A stretch of 32,063 nt of DNA from Opitutales bacterium. Lineage in GTDB: Bacteria; Verrucomicrobiota; Verrucomicrobiia; Opitutales; UBA953. The DNA lies in assembly GCA_040398005.1 (NCBI GenBank), contig JBBAUX010000008.1, forward strand, positions 50,701 through 82,763, written 5' to 3'. Below the pieces are notes generated by a model that made no database searches, had not been told where the DNA came from, and was given only the letters and a program-made list of their open reading frames with translations. This document shows, one piece after another, positions 21,586 through 30,496 of this stretch. Made by a program: the position numbers and the translations under genes. Each line of letters opens with the position of its first letter. Within the stretch, counting starts at the first letter, position 1.

Positions 21586-22245
21586 CTAAATAGGGCGGAC
21601 CACGGACTTGGCGATACCCTGAATGACTAGCTCATTCGCAGGATAGAGTTCGGGATAGTTTTTATTTTCGGCTTTCAGATAAACTTTTGAGCTTTGCTTG
21701 ATTAAACGCTTCAAGGTCGTTTCACCGTCAATCAATGCCGCTACGACATCGCCATGTTTAGGAACGCCGGGTTCGATGATCACCGTATCGCCGTCGTTGA
21801 TATTGGCGTCGATCATTGAGTCACCACGAACGCGCAGTGCGAAAGATTGGGGAGGGCGGCGGCGGGAACCTTCGGAGATGGGAGCCTGGATGCTAGCGAG
21901 TACGCCAGAGGATTCGGTGTAGTCGGGGAAGCCGGCTGCGATGGAGCCCATTAAAGGAATGTTGGAGACTTCTAAGGAATTCTCATCGGGGCCTTCGTAG
22001 CGGATGACCGTCTCGGAAAGATCCACGGTAGCTTCAGGAGCTACTTTGTAGGCACGGGCTGCTCCTGGTATTCTTTGGAGAACGCCTTTGCGCTCGAGGG
22101 CTTGGAGGTGGCCGAAAACAGCATTGGTGCTCGCGAAGCGGAACTTCGCTTGGATGTCGCGGATGCTTGGCCAGTAAGAATGCTCGCTGACGTGAGCTTT
22201 CATGTAGTCCAAGATAGCCTTCTGCTTTTTGGTGAGTTCTTCCAT
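21586..22245 (-). CDS. lexA: SOS transcriptional repressor LexA
   Basis: LTKKQ..IL, PSIRDI and HLQALERKG winged helix; IAAG cleavage site; GDSM catalytic Ser; TLKR catalytic Lys. Confidence 0.96.
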   Translation of the reverse strand: MEELTKKQKAILDYMKAHVSEHSYWPSIRDIQAKFRFASTNAVFGHLQALERKGVLQRIPGAARAYKVAPEATVDLSETVIRYEGPDENSLEVSNIPLMGSIAAGFPDYTESSGVLASIQAPISEGSRRRPPQSFALRVRGDSMIDANINDGDTVIIEPGVPKHGDVVAALIDGETTLKRLIKQSSKVYLKAENKNYPELYPANELVIQGIAKSVVRPI

Positions 22246-22283
22246 AGTGAACGGATGTTCTATGAAACTTTGTTCACTGTCAA
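22246..22283 (-). promoter_or_regulatory. lexA promoter/operator (putative LexA boxes)
   Basis: TTGACA on the minus strand (22283-22278); GAAC-GGAT-GTTC 22249-22260; GAAA-CTTT-GTTC 22264-22275; outer inverted repeat AGTGAAC/GTTCACT. Confidence 0.75.
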
Positions 22284-22316
22284 TACCTCAATTAAAGTAA
22301 GTATTTTGTCCTAAAA

Positions 22317-23054
22317 TCACCCAATTAAGGTGGCAATATCTTCGGGTCTTTCGAGGTGTAAAGCGTGGCCGGCTGACTCGATAATGCTGATTCTGGCCTT
22401 GGGGATGCATTCGCCCATCCGGTAGCCAATCTCGATAAACTTGGGATCCTTTTCTCCGACCACGATATCCACTGGGCAGCGCAGTTCCTTGAGTCGGGGC
22501 CAAAGGGAAGGGAGGCTGGCGGTGCCGACATTTTCAAGACTCAGGGCCAGGCCTTCGGGAGTATTTTTTAAGCGACGTTCTAGAATTGGATCCAGTCGAT
22601 CAGGTGGAAGGGACATTAACGGACGAAAGAAAGTTTTCCCGTTCCAATATTTGATGAATGGTTTCACGCCATGAATACGAATGAAGTGAGCGAGTGCTTG
22701 ATCTCCTTTTAGTCGTTCAGCCAATTGAGTCTCATCGGCGATACCGGGACTAGCTCCGATAAGAATCAGTTTCTGAATTCGATCAGGATGGTTGAGTGCC
22801 CAGTTGAGTGCGAGTCGGCCACCCATGGAGTAGCCTAATAAAATGACGCGTTTGCTCGAACCCACGGCCTTGGAAATGATTTCCATGTGGGCTTCCAGGG
22901 AATATTTCGGGGCATCTGTTTCCTGTTTTAATTTCCCATGACCCGGCCAATCGGGGGTGACGAATTCAATTAAATCGTCATTCACCATTGATTTGAGAGG
23001 TTCGAAGTCTTGATGACTTCCCGTAAAACCATGGAGGGCGACTACTTTTAGCAT
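22317..23054 (-). CDS. alpha/beta hydrolase, MenH-like
   Basis: LHGFTG, D.PGHG, GYSMGG nucleophile elbow, VGEKDPKF and AGHALHLE motifs. Confidence 0.8.
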   Translation of the reverse strand: MLKVVALHGFTGSHQDFEPLKSMVNDDLIEFVTPDWPGHGKLKQETDAPKYSLEAHMEIISKAVGSSKRVILLGYSMGGRLALNWALNHPDRIQKLILIGASPGIADETQLAERLKGDQALAHFIRIHGVKPFIKYWNGKTFFRPLMSLPPDRLDPILERRLKNTPEGLALSLENVGTASLPSLWPRLKELRCPVDIVVGEKDPKFIEIGYRMGECIPKARISIIESAGHALHLERPEDIATLIG

Positions 23055-23136
23055 TTCAAAATAAGTTAGAGTGAGAAATAAAATGAGACGTCGGGTTGCG
23101 AGTCGCCATGTTTCTTTAAAAGTGATTAACGAGATT

Positions 23137-23622
23137 ATGAAGAAAATACGAGTTAAACCATGGAATCGTGTCGATGGCCCGATTTATAGCCTATCCACGA
23201 CTGCCCATGGCAAAGGAAATCTAAACATCTGTAGTTACGTTACGCCCATATCCATGAAGCCGAAGCGCTATATTGTTGGGGTGTACAAGGGAACGAAGAC
23301 ACTCGAAAACCTGGAATCTAACCCCGTCGGAATTCTCAATTTCATGACCGATAAAATGTCGAACCTGGTTAATTTACTCGGCAAAAAATCGGGTCACAAA
23401 ATCGATAAAATTAAGAAGCTGGGTGAGCGTATTCAACAGACCGAGGACGGACTGTATGAATTGAAAGATTCACTCGCGACGGTGAGACTTAAGTTCACGA
23501 CTCGACTGGATGGCGGCGACCATTGGGCATGGCTCGCCGAGGTTGTCTCCCACGAAAATCACAACGCAGATCAACCTCTTACGCTAGATTATCTCAAACG
23601 TAAGAAAATTATTCTAGCGTAG
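23137..23622 (+). CDS. flavin reductase-like (DIM6/NTAB split-barrel) protein
   Basis: S..P......V...T.T..N pattern, G.KSG...DK and GDH motifs. ATG at 23137 preferred over GTG at 23071. Confidence 0.75.
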   Translation: MKKIRVKPWNRVDGPIYSLSTTAHGKGNLNICSYVTPISMKPKRYIVGVYKGTKTLENLESNPVGILNFMTDKMSNLVNLLGKKSGHKIDKIKKLGERIQQTEDGLYELKDSLATVRLKFTTRLDGGDHWAWLAEVVSHENHNADQPLTLDYLKRKKIILA

Positions 23623-23623
23623 G

Positions 23624-25573
23624 TTATTTCTTTTTCGATTTCCGCAGACTGGACTTTTCTTCGCGATGCGGAATGAGGTAAGTACGACCACGCATTAAAC
23701 GTTCATACAAATCAACCATTGCGACGCCTTCACGAGGGCGAACAGAGTCGGCCTTGGTCGCTTTATCGACCTGACGTTTAAGCATGCGGCAAAGATCCTC
23801 AGAGTTATATTGAATCATATCGAGAATCCGTCCCACGGAGTAACCGGGAATACTTTCTTCGATGTAGAAACCATCTTCTTCGTCATCTTCTAAGAAAACG
23901 TGGGCTTCATTGACTCGACCAAATAGATTATGCAAGTCGCCCATAATATCTTGATACGCACCGACCATGAAGGCACCGATGTAGTAGGGTTGACCTTCTT
24001 TAAGTGTGTGTAGTGCTAAAGTGCGACGAACATCTTCGAGGTCGATAAAATCATCCACCTTACCATCGGAATCACACGTAATATCAACGAGGGTCGCTTG
24101 AACGGTGGGACGTTCATTGAGACGGTGAATCGGCGCGATAGGGAAGAGTTGATCGAGTGCCCAGTGGTCGAGCAGCGATTGGAATACGGAGAAATTACAG
24201 ACGTACTGTTCCGCAAGCATGGAGTCGAGACGGGCGAGTTCATCGGGAATATCGGCAGTGTTAGAGAGGCTTTGACGGATTTGTCGGCAGATGTCCCAGA
24301 AGAGTTGGTCGGCCATCGCACGATCCGTTAATTTTAAATTACCAAGATTAAAACGGGCGTGAGCTTCTTCGCGTTTTTGTTTCGCGTCGTGATAACGCTC
24401 GAGAGGGTCGAACTTGCGTTTGTTTTTCCGAATCGCTTCTAACTCTTTGACGATTTGGTGAGCCTTAGCGCTCGGCGTACCTTCAAGATTTTCATCGCGC
24501 GAAATGCGATCAACGGCTTCGAAAATTAAAATGGAGTGAGGAGCGACTAAGGCGCGACCGGACTCCGAAACAATATCGGGAACTTCAATTTTACTCTCTT
24601 CGCAAATTTGTTTGATATTCGCCACGACGTCGCGCGCGTACACTTCCATGGTGTAATTCATGGAAGATTCAAAAGCGGAACGACTGCCATCGTAGTCGAT
24701 ACCGAGACCGCCACCGACATCGAGCAGACCCATGGGGAAGCCCATGCGTTTAAGTTCGCAGTAAAAACGCGCAGCTTCGGTAACCGCTTTCTTGATGGTA
24801 CCAATATTGGGAACCTGTGAGCCGATGTGGAAGTGAACGAGACGCAGCGCATCCTTCATCTTCGCCTTCGTTAATTTTTCGGCCGCGACAACAATTTCAG
24901 ATGCGGTCAGACCAAACTTAGCATTTTCGCCAGTACTATCGGCCCATTTACCTTCGCCCGCCGTGGTTAATTTAACCCGAATGCCGATGTGAGGCTGCAC
25001 GCCCATGCGACGAGCAATGCGGATGATGGCATCTACTTCGGAAAGTTGTTCGACGACGATAATCGTCTGTTTGCCGAGGCGGCGACCCATCAAGGCGAGC
25101 TCGATATACTCTTCATCTTTGTAACCGTTACAGATGAGTAAGGCTTTACGATTTTCGAGTAATGCTAGGGCGATAATTAGTTCTGGTTTAGACCCAGCTT
25201 CTAATCCGAAATCATACTCTTCACCGGCATCGAGAATTTCTTCTACGACTTCGCGCAATTGATTTACTTTAATTGGAAAAACTCCGCGATAACGTGCGTG
25301 GTAATCTTCTTCTTCGATGGCCCGACGAAACGCTTCGTTGATTTGGGTGACGCGATGACGAAGTAAATCTTGAACACGAATCGTCAGGGGCGGTTTTAAG
25401 CCAGACGCTTCGGCTTCCTTCACAATATCGACGATGCGAATCTTCCGATGATCGCCTTTCGGGTGAACACAAAGATTCCCTTGGGTGTCGACCGAGAAGT
25501 TATTACCTCCCCAGCGTTTGAAGCCGTAGTAATCTTCGGCGTGTTTGATGGTCCAAGACGGTTGTTTGCTCAC
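23624..25573 (-). CDS. speA: biosynthetic arginine decarboxylase
   Basis: FPIKVNQ (PLP lysine), GLEAGSKPEL, HFHIGSQ, DVGGGLG, ESGRA, DITCDSDG and GAYQ..GDLHNLFG motifs. Confidence 0.97.
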   Translation of the reverse strand: MSKQPSWTIKHAEDYYGFKRWGGNNFSVDTQGNLCVHPKGDHRKIRIVDIVKEAEASGLKPPLTIRVQDLLRHRVTQINEAFRRAIEEEDYHARYRGVFPIKVNQLREVVEEILDAGEEYDFGLEAGSKPELIIALALLENRKALLICNGYKDEEYIELALMGRRLGKQTIIVVEQLSEVDAIIRIARRMGVQPHIGIRVKLTTAGEGKWADSTGENAKFGLTASEIVVAAEKLTKAKMKDALRLVHFHIGSQVPNIGTIKKAVTEAARFYCELKRMGFPMGLLDVGGGLGIDYDGSRSAFESSMNYTMEVYARDVVANIKQICEESKIEVPDIVSESGRALVAPHSILIFEAVDRISRDENLEGTPSAKAHQIVKELEAIRKNKRKFDPLERYHDAKQKREEAHARFNLGNLKLTDRAMADQLFWDICRQIRQSLSNTADIPDELARLDSMLAEQYVCNFSVFQSLLDHWALDQLFPIAPIHRLNERPTVQATLVDITCDSDGKVDDFIDLEDVRRTLALHTLKEGQPYYIGAFMVGAYQDIMGDLHNLFGRVNEAHVFLEDDEEDGFYIEESIPGYSVGRILDMIQYNSEDLCRMLKRQVDKATKADSVRPREGVAMVDLYERLMRGRTYLIPHREEKSSLRKSKKK

Positions 25574-25683
25574 GTGTGTAGAACGTCAGACATTTAATTG
25601 TCCCGCCGAGAGTGCAAGGGGAAATCGTGGTAAATTTAACCTTCGTACTCGACCCCTTGGCGACATCGGATTGTGATAGGTTC

Positions 25684-26412
25684 ATGTCCGCGTCCGACAT
25701 AATCAAAGCCACAATAAAACTGCGTTCACAATTACGTGACCTGCAATTTCCCAGTCCGGCTGATTATGTTTATAGCCCCTTGGACTACGCTTGGGAGTCG
25801 CACGAAGCCTATTTAACCCAATACGGTGCGATGGGACCGAAAAAAGTACTTTTTCTAGGGATGAATCCTGGCCCGTTCGGAATGGCGCAGACGGGAATTC
25901 CTTTTGGAGAAATAGAGACCGTTCGTGACTGGATGGGTTTAGAGCAGCCGGTGGGTCGCCCCGATCGAGAGCATCCGCGTAAGAAAGTAACGGGCTTTGC
26001 TTGCACGAGATCGGAAGTGAGCGGACGAAGACTGTGGGGATTATTTAAAGAGCGATTCGGTTCCGCCAATCATTTTTTCAAAGATCATTGGGTTCATAAT
26101 TACAATCCATTGCTGTTTATCGAAAATACAAAAATTGGACGCAATGTTGTCCCCGAAGAACTTCCGGCTGAATCCATTCGCGCGGTGAACGGAGCGTGTG
26201 ATGCCTACCTGCGAGTATTGGTGGATGAGATGAAAATTAAAACCGTCGTCGGCGTGGGCGGATATGCCGAAACGCGCGCCCGTGAAGCGCTCGAGGGTTA
26301 TCCTATTCAGTTTGCGAAGGTCTTACACCCGAGTCCCGCTAGCCCGGTTGCTAATCGTGGATGGGCTGAGGCCGCTACGCGTGAACTTAAAGCCCAAGGA
26401 GTCTGGCAATAA
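25684..26412 (+). CDS. SMUG1-family (family 3) uracil-DNA glycosylase
   Basis: LGMNPGPFGMAQTGIPFG, SEVSGRRLWG and LHPSP motifs. ATG at 25684 preferred over GTG at 25612. Confidence 0.92.
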   Translation: MSASDIIKATIKLRSQLRDLQFPSPADYVYSPLDYAWESHEAYLTQYGAMGPKKVLFLGMNPGPFGMAQTGIPFGEIETVRDWMGLEQPVGRPDREHPRKKVTGFACTRSEVSGRRLWGLFKERFGSANHFFKDHWVHNYNPLLFIENTKIGRNVVPEELPAESIRAVNGACDAYLRVLVDEMKIKTVVGVGGYAETRAREALEGYPIQFAKVLHPSPASPVANRGWAEAATRELKAQGVWQ

Positions 26413-27218
26413 TGGCTATAATTGAATCCATTTTAGCGCGTCCGTATTTCCGCCAAAAACTTTGGCAGTGGTGGTATCCGTATTTCACTAGAAAAGTGAA
26501 AAGCCAAGGAATCGATTTTTTGAATTATGCTTTTGAGAGTGAACCGCGTATGCAGATTCCATTGGAGGTTTCGGATGAACAAAATCGACCCAATATTCAG
26601 CTTTATCAGCACATCGCTTCGTACGCAGATTTTAAAAATAAAAGAGTACTCGAGGTGAGTTGCGGACACGGTGGGGGTGCCTCTTACCTTACTCGATATC
26701 TAAAGCCTGCCGAATATGTGGCGATGGATTTAAATCCTGCAGCTATTGAATATTGCCGAGGCCGTCACGCCGTCTCGGGATTAAAATTTATACAAGGGGA
26801 TGCGATGAACTTACCTTTCGCTGATGAAAGTTTTGATGTCGTGATCAATGTTGAAGCCTCCCATTGCTATCCTGATTTCTCTCAATTCTTGAAAGAAGTT
26901 GCCCGTGTCTTAAAACCTGGCGGGCAATTCGTGTACGCAGATTTAAGATATGAAAGCGGAGTAGGGGAGTGGATGAAGGATTTATTTGGTCAGCCTTCAC
27001 TGCATGTAAATCTGATGCGTCTGATTAATCCTGAAATTATTCGCGGTATGGAATTAAACACGCCCCGTTATACGCAAATGGTGAAAGACTGTTTGCCCCC
27101 ATATTGGCATAAACTAGCCCTCGACTTCGCGGGCGTAAAGGGATCGAGACTTTATCGCGATGCGCAGAGCGGTGAACTTACTTATCGTTCACTGCACCTG
27201 ACTAAGACCAAAAATTAA
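26412..27218 (+). CDS. class I SAM methyltransferase, phthiotriol/phenolphthiotriol dimycocerosate methyltransferase (Rv2952/Fmt)-like
   Basis: W..WYP, FLNYA.E..P, VLEVSCGHGGGASYLTR, NVEASHCYP and YADLR motifs. TAATG overlap with the SMUG1 stop. Confidence 0.85.
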   Translation: MAIIESILARPYFRQKLWQWWYPYFTRKVKSQGIDFLNYAFESEPRMQIPLEVSDEQNRPNIQLYQHIASYADFKNKRVLEVSCGHGGGASYLTRYLKPAEYVAMDLNPAAIEYCRGRHAVSGLKFIQGDAMNLPFADESFDVVINVEASHCYPDFSQFLKEVARVLKPGGQFVYADLRYESGVGEWMKDLFGQPSLHVNLMRLINPEIIRGMELNTPRYTQMVKDCLPPYWHKLALDFAGVKGSRLYRDAQSGELTYRSLHLTKTKN

Positions 27219-29020
27219 CCCTTTCGAGATTCGAGCTCTAGCCACCGCTGCATGGCCGCATGGTGTTCTGCATCAATCGCTTGAAGGCGTTTTTGTAATT
27301 CAGCAAAAAGTGCTCCACCGTTTTTATACACTTCAGAATCGGCTAACTGGACAGCTATCTTAGATTGTTCCGCTTCGAGTTCGGCAATCTTACCGGGCAA
27401 CTCAACGATATCTTGGCGGTCCTTATTACTTAATTTTGATGATTTGCTGGCGACTGGTTTTATTTCGGGTGCAGCATTCGGCTTAGCCGCGATGGGTTGG
27501 GCGCGTTTGCTGTTAGCGACTCGTTCTACTTCATTACGCCAATCGGTATAACCACCGGCATGTTCGGTGACAATGCCATTGCCTTCAAAGACGAGGGTGC
27601 TGGTGACGACGTTATCCAGGAAATCACGATCGTGACTGACGATGATAAGCGTGCCTTTATATTCGACTAGTAGATCTTCAAGTACGTCTAAAGTTTCCGC
27701 GTCTAAATCATTGGTCGGTTCATCGAGAACCAAGACATTAGCGGGCTTGGTGAAGAGTCGGGCAAGGAGGAGTCGATTACGTTCACCACCCGACAGCACT
27801 TTGGCTTTGGAGCGCGCGCGGGTCGGTTCGAAGAGAAAATCCTGAAGGTAGCTAATGACATGTCGGGAGCGTCCTTGCACTTCTACCGTGTCGGAGTCGC
27901 CCGCGAGATTTTCGGCGACCGTTAAATTATCATTAATCAGCCCGCGCATTTGGTCGAAGTAAACGACTTCGAGTTTGGTCCCAAATTTAATATTACCACC
28001 CGTGGGCTCGAGTTGGCCCATTAACATTTTAACTAAAGTAGTTTTACCAGCACCATTTGGACCGATGAGACCGACTTTGTCGCCGCGATTTAAGCGTAAG
28101 GTTAAATCACGAATCACCTTCTGATCGTTGCCGTAAGAAAATTCAATGTTTTCGGCTTCAACTACGCGTTCGCCGGAGCGATCGGCGTTACTAATTTCCA
28201 TTTTAGCGGCACCCGTGACACTACGCATATCGGCGCGGACCTGTCGGAGGACTTTCAACGCCTCCATCCGGGCATTGGACTTCGTGCGGCGCGCGCCTGG
28301 ACTTCTGCGTGACCAAGCTTCTTCTTGAGAAAGCTTTTTATCGAAGGCCGCTTTTTGACGTTCCTCTGCGATAAATAATTCATCTTTTCGAACTAAGTAA
28401 GTATCGTAATCGCAAGACCAACTCATCAGCTTTCCGCGGTCAAGTTCGATGATGCGATTAGCCATGCGACGGAGAAAAGCGCGATCGTGCGTGACGAATA
28501 AAAGAGGAATCTTTTCTTCTAACAGAAATTCTTCCATCCACAGAATCGACTCCAAGTCCATGTGATTGGTTGGCTCGTCGAGTAAAAGTAAATCGGGCTT
28601 CGCGGCGAGCGCTTGGGCGAGTAAGCAGCGACGCTTCAGCCCGCCGGATAAATCATCAAACGCTTTTTCCGGATCGAGGCCGAGGCGTTCGATTAAACTA
28701 TCCACGCGGACATCGCGCTCCCATTCTTCTTCGATGGAGTCGGTACGTAAACCGCTTTCGACAATGCTCTGCACGTTACCCGGTAAGTGATGCGGAATTT
28801 CTTGGGTTAGTCGGGCTTGAGTCACGCCTTCGTGGTGAGTAATGGCTCCGGAGTCGGGCGCCATTTCTCCGGCAGCAATACGCATGAGGGTGGTTTTGCC
28901 TGCTCCGTTGCGACCTAATAAACAGACTCTTTCGCCTTCTTCAATTTGGAGATTTAAATGATCAAGCACGGCTGGCCCGCCGAAATTAACGCAGATATCG
29001 AGTAAACTTAAGAGAGCCAT
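27215..29020 (-). CDS. uup: ABC-F family ATPase Uup
   Basis: Two ABC domains (GRNGAGKT/LSGG/LDEPTNH and GPNGAGKT/LSGGERNRL/LDEPTND), no transmembrane domain, coiled-coil C-terminal domain ending RWLELE. Confidence 0.9.
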   Translation of the reverse strand: MALLSLLDICVNFGGPAVLDHLNLQIEEGERVCLLGRNGAGKTTLMRIAAGEMAPDSGAITHHEGVTQARLTQEIPHHLPGNVQSIVESGLRTDSIEEEWERDVRVDSLIERLGLDPEKAFDDLSGGLKRRCLLAQALAAKPDLLLLDEPTNHMDLESILWMEEFLLEEKIPLLFVTHDRAFLRRMANRIIELDRGKLMSWSCDYDTYLVRKDELFIAEERQKAAFDKKLSQEEAWSRRSPGARRTKSNARMEALKVLRQVRADMRSVTGAAKMEISNADRSGERVVEAENIEFSYGNDQKVIRDLTLRLNRGDKVGLIGPNGAGKTTLVKMLMGQLEPTGGNIKFGTKLEVVYFDQMRGLINDNLTVAENLAGDSDTVEVQGRSRHVISYLQDFLFEPTRARSKAKVLSGGERNRLLLARLFTKPANVLVLDEPTNDLDAETLDVLEDLLVEYKGTLIIVSHDRDFLDNVVTSTLVFEGNGIVTEHAGGYTDWRNEVERVANSKRAQPIAAKPNAAPEIKPVASKSSKLSNKDRQDIVELPGKIAELEAEQSKIAVQLADSEVYKNGGALFAELQKRLQAIDAEHHAAMQRWLELESRKG

Positions 29021-29064
29021 GGCGGGTGGTTTGCTGGAAACTAAAATGATAAGCGAGAAAAGAT

Positions 29065-30345
29065 TTATCCAATTTTCTTAAGTTTGCTAATTTCCGGGAA
29101 TTGCCACGCGGTAATGCCCATCACGCCGAAGACGGCCAGTCCTCCGATGATGACTGAATTAACGGTGCCGAATACACGTGCCATCAGGCCCGATTCCGCC
29201 ATCCCAAGCTCATTCGAACAGCCAATAAAAACAGCGGTAACGGCCGACACTCGACCCATCATTTCGGGTGGCACACTGGTCTGTAATATCGTTTGGCGGA
29301 TGATCACATTGACCGCATCGGCGGCCCCCGAGATAAATAAAAATAGACAACTTAAAATGAAAGCACCGATGAGTCCCAAGCCCAAGAACTCTGCGATGGG
29401 AATAGCGAAACCAAAGCCGATGATACAGAGACCGAAAATGGCAAAAGAAAGATAGAGCGCACGACCCGCATTTTTAAATGAGGGTAGAAAAATTAAGCAG
29501 ACGGACGCGATCACGGCTCCGCTGGAAGTCGCTGCCCGCAAGACCCCAAATCCTAATTCTCCCACCTGGAGCATTTCGGCGAAAAGAGGGAGTAGTGCCA
29601 CGGCACCCCCCAAGAGAACCGCAAATAAATCCAAGGTAAATGCACCTAGCATGATACGTTGGCCGAGCATGAAATTGATACCTGCACGTAAGCTTTGAAA
29701 GATTGGCTCGCGAACTTTGGATTGTAATTTTTGACTCGTGCGGACGCAGGAAGTCGAAATGAGCGCCGATAAAAGTAAGACACTCATTACGGTGTAGGCC
29801 AAGCTCGCGCCACCTTGCCAAAGCATTACTCCGCCGATGCCCGGTCCTAAAACGGAAGCGAGTTCAAACAAGGTATTTCGCCAACGAATGGCATTCGACA
29901 TTTGTTCACGTGGTAAGATTTCCGCCAGCATGGCCTGTCGCGACGTCGTCAAAAAACTTCGGGCGAATCCACCAAGCACGACGACGGAATAGAGTAAGAT
30001 TAATTTTACGGAAGACGTTTCAAAATGGGGTATGAAAAATAAAACTAAGCTAATTAAAAGCATTGAACCTAGGGCACTGCAGACAATGCGATGTCGGTTG
30101 TGATTGTCGGCAAAGTGACCAGCAAAAAGTACCGTACCGACAAAGGGAATGACTTCAGCGAGGCCGATACCGCCGAGGGCAAGCGCGGCCACTTTATGAT
30201 CCGCTTTGGTTAACTGAAAAACCTGCCAGGCAATCGCAACCGTTTGAATCTGGATGGCTAATGTACCAAGAACTAATCCCGAGATGTAAAAACGGAAGGG
30301 GGTGGACTTGATGGCGGAAGTGCCGGTGGGTTCATTCAAGTTCAT
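29065..30345 (-). CDS. MFS transporter (EntS/DHA3-like)
   Basis: Many hydrophobic segments; G..AD...R loop, DLFAVLLGGAVALLP and PPEMMGRV motifs. ATG at 30345 preferred over GTG at 30363. Confidence 0.88.
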   Translation of the reverse strand: MNLNEPTGTSAIKSTPFRFYISGLVLGTLAIQIQTVAIAWQVFQLTKADHKVAALALGGIGLAEVIPFVGTVLFAGHFADNHNRHRIVCSALGSMLLISLVLFFIPHFETSSVKLILLYSVVVLGGFARSFLTTSRQAMLAEILPREQMSNAIRWRNTLFELASVLGPGIGGVMLWQGGASLAYTVMSVLLLSALISTSCVRTSQKLQSKVREPIFQSLRAGINFMLGQRIMLGAFTLDLFAVLLGGAVALLPLFAEMLQVGELGFGVLRAATSSGAVIASVCLIFLPSFKNAGRALYLSFAIFGLCIIGFGFAIPIAEFLGLGLIGAFILSCLFLFISGAADAVNVIIRQTILQTSVPPEMMGRVSAVTAVFIGCSNELGMAESGLMARVFGTVNSVIIGGLAVFGVMGITAWQFPEISKLKKIG

Positions 30346-30496
30346 TCCCCGCATTTGACGCACAATTGCATAATGGTCAAACCTGCTTAAAAGTTGTTAA
30401 AAAATCACACAATCTTCACTTTTCGGGGTGCCTTTTAATCTTTCAATGAATGTGTCTTTACCTTCATAATGTTTTTTAACCTAATTTAAAAATATT

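Noticed and set aside
30364..30496. AT-rich glmM upstream region as an origin element or regulatory RNA
   Set aside because: Only one weak DnaA-like 9-mer and no stable structure; explained by divergent promoters.
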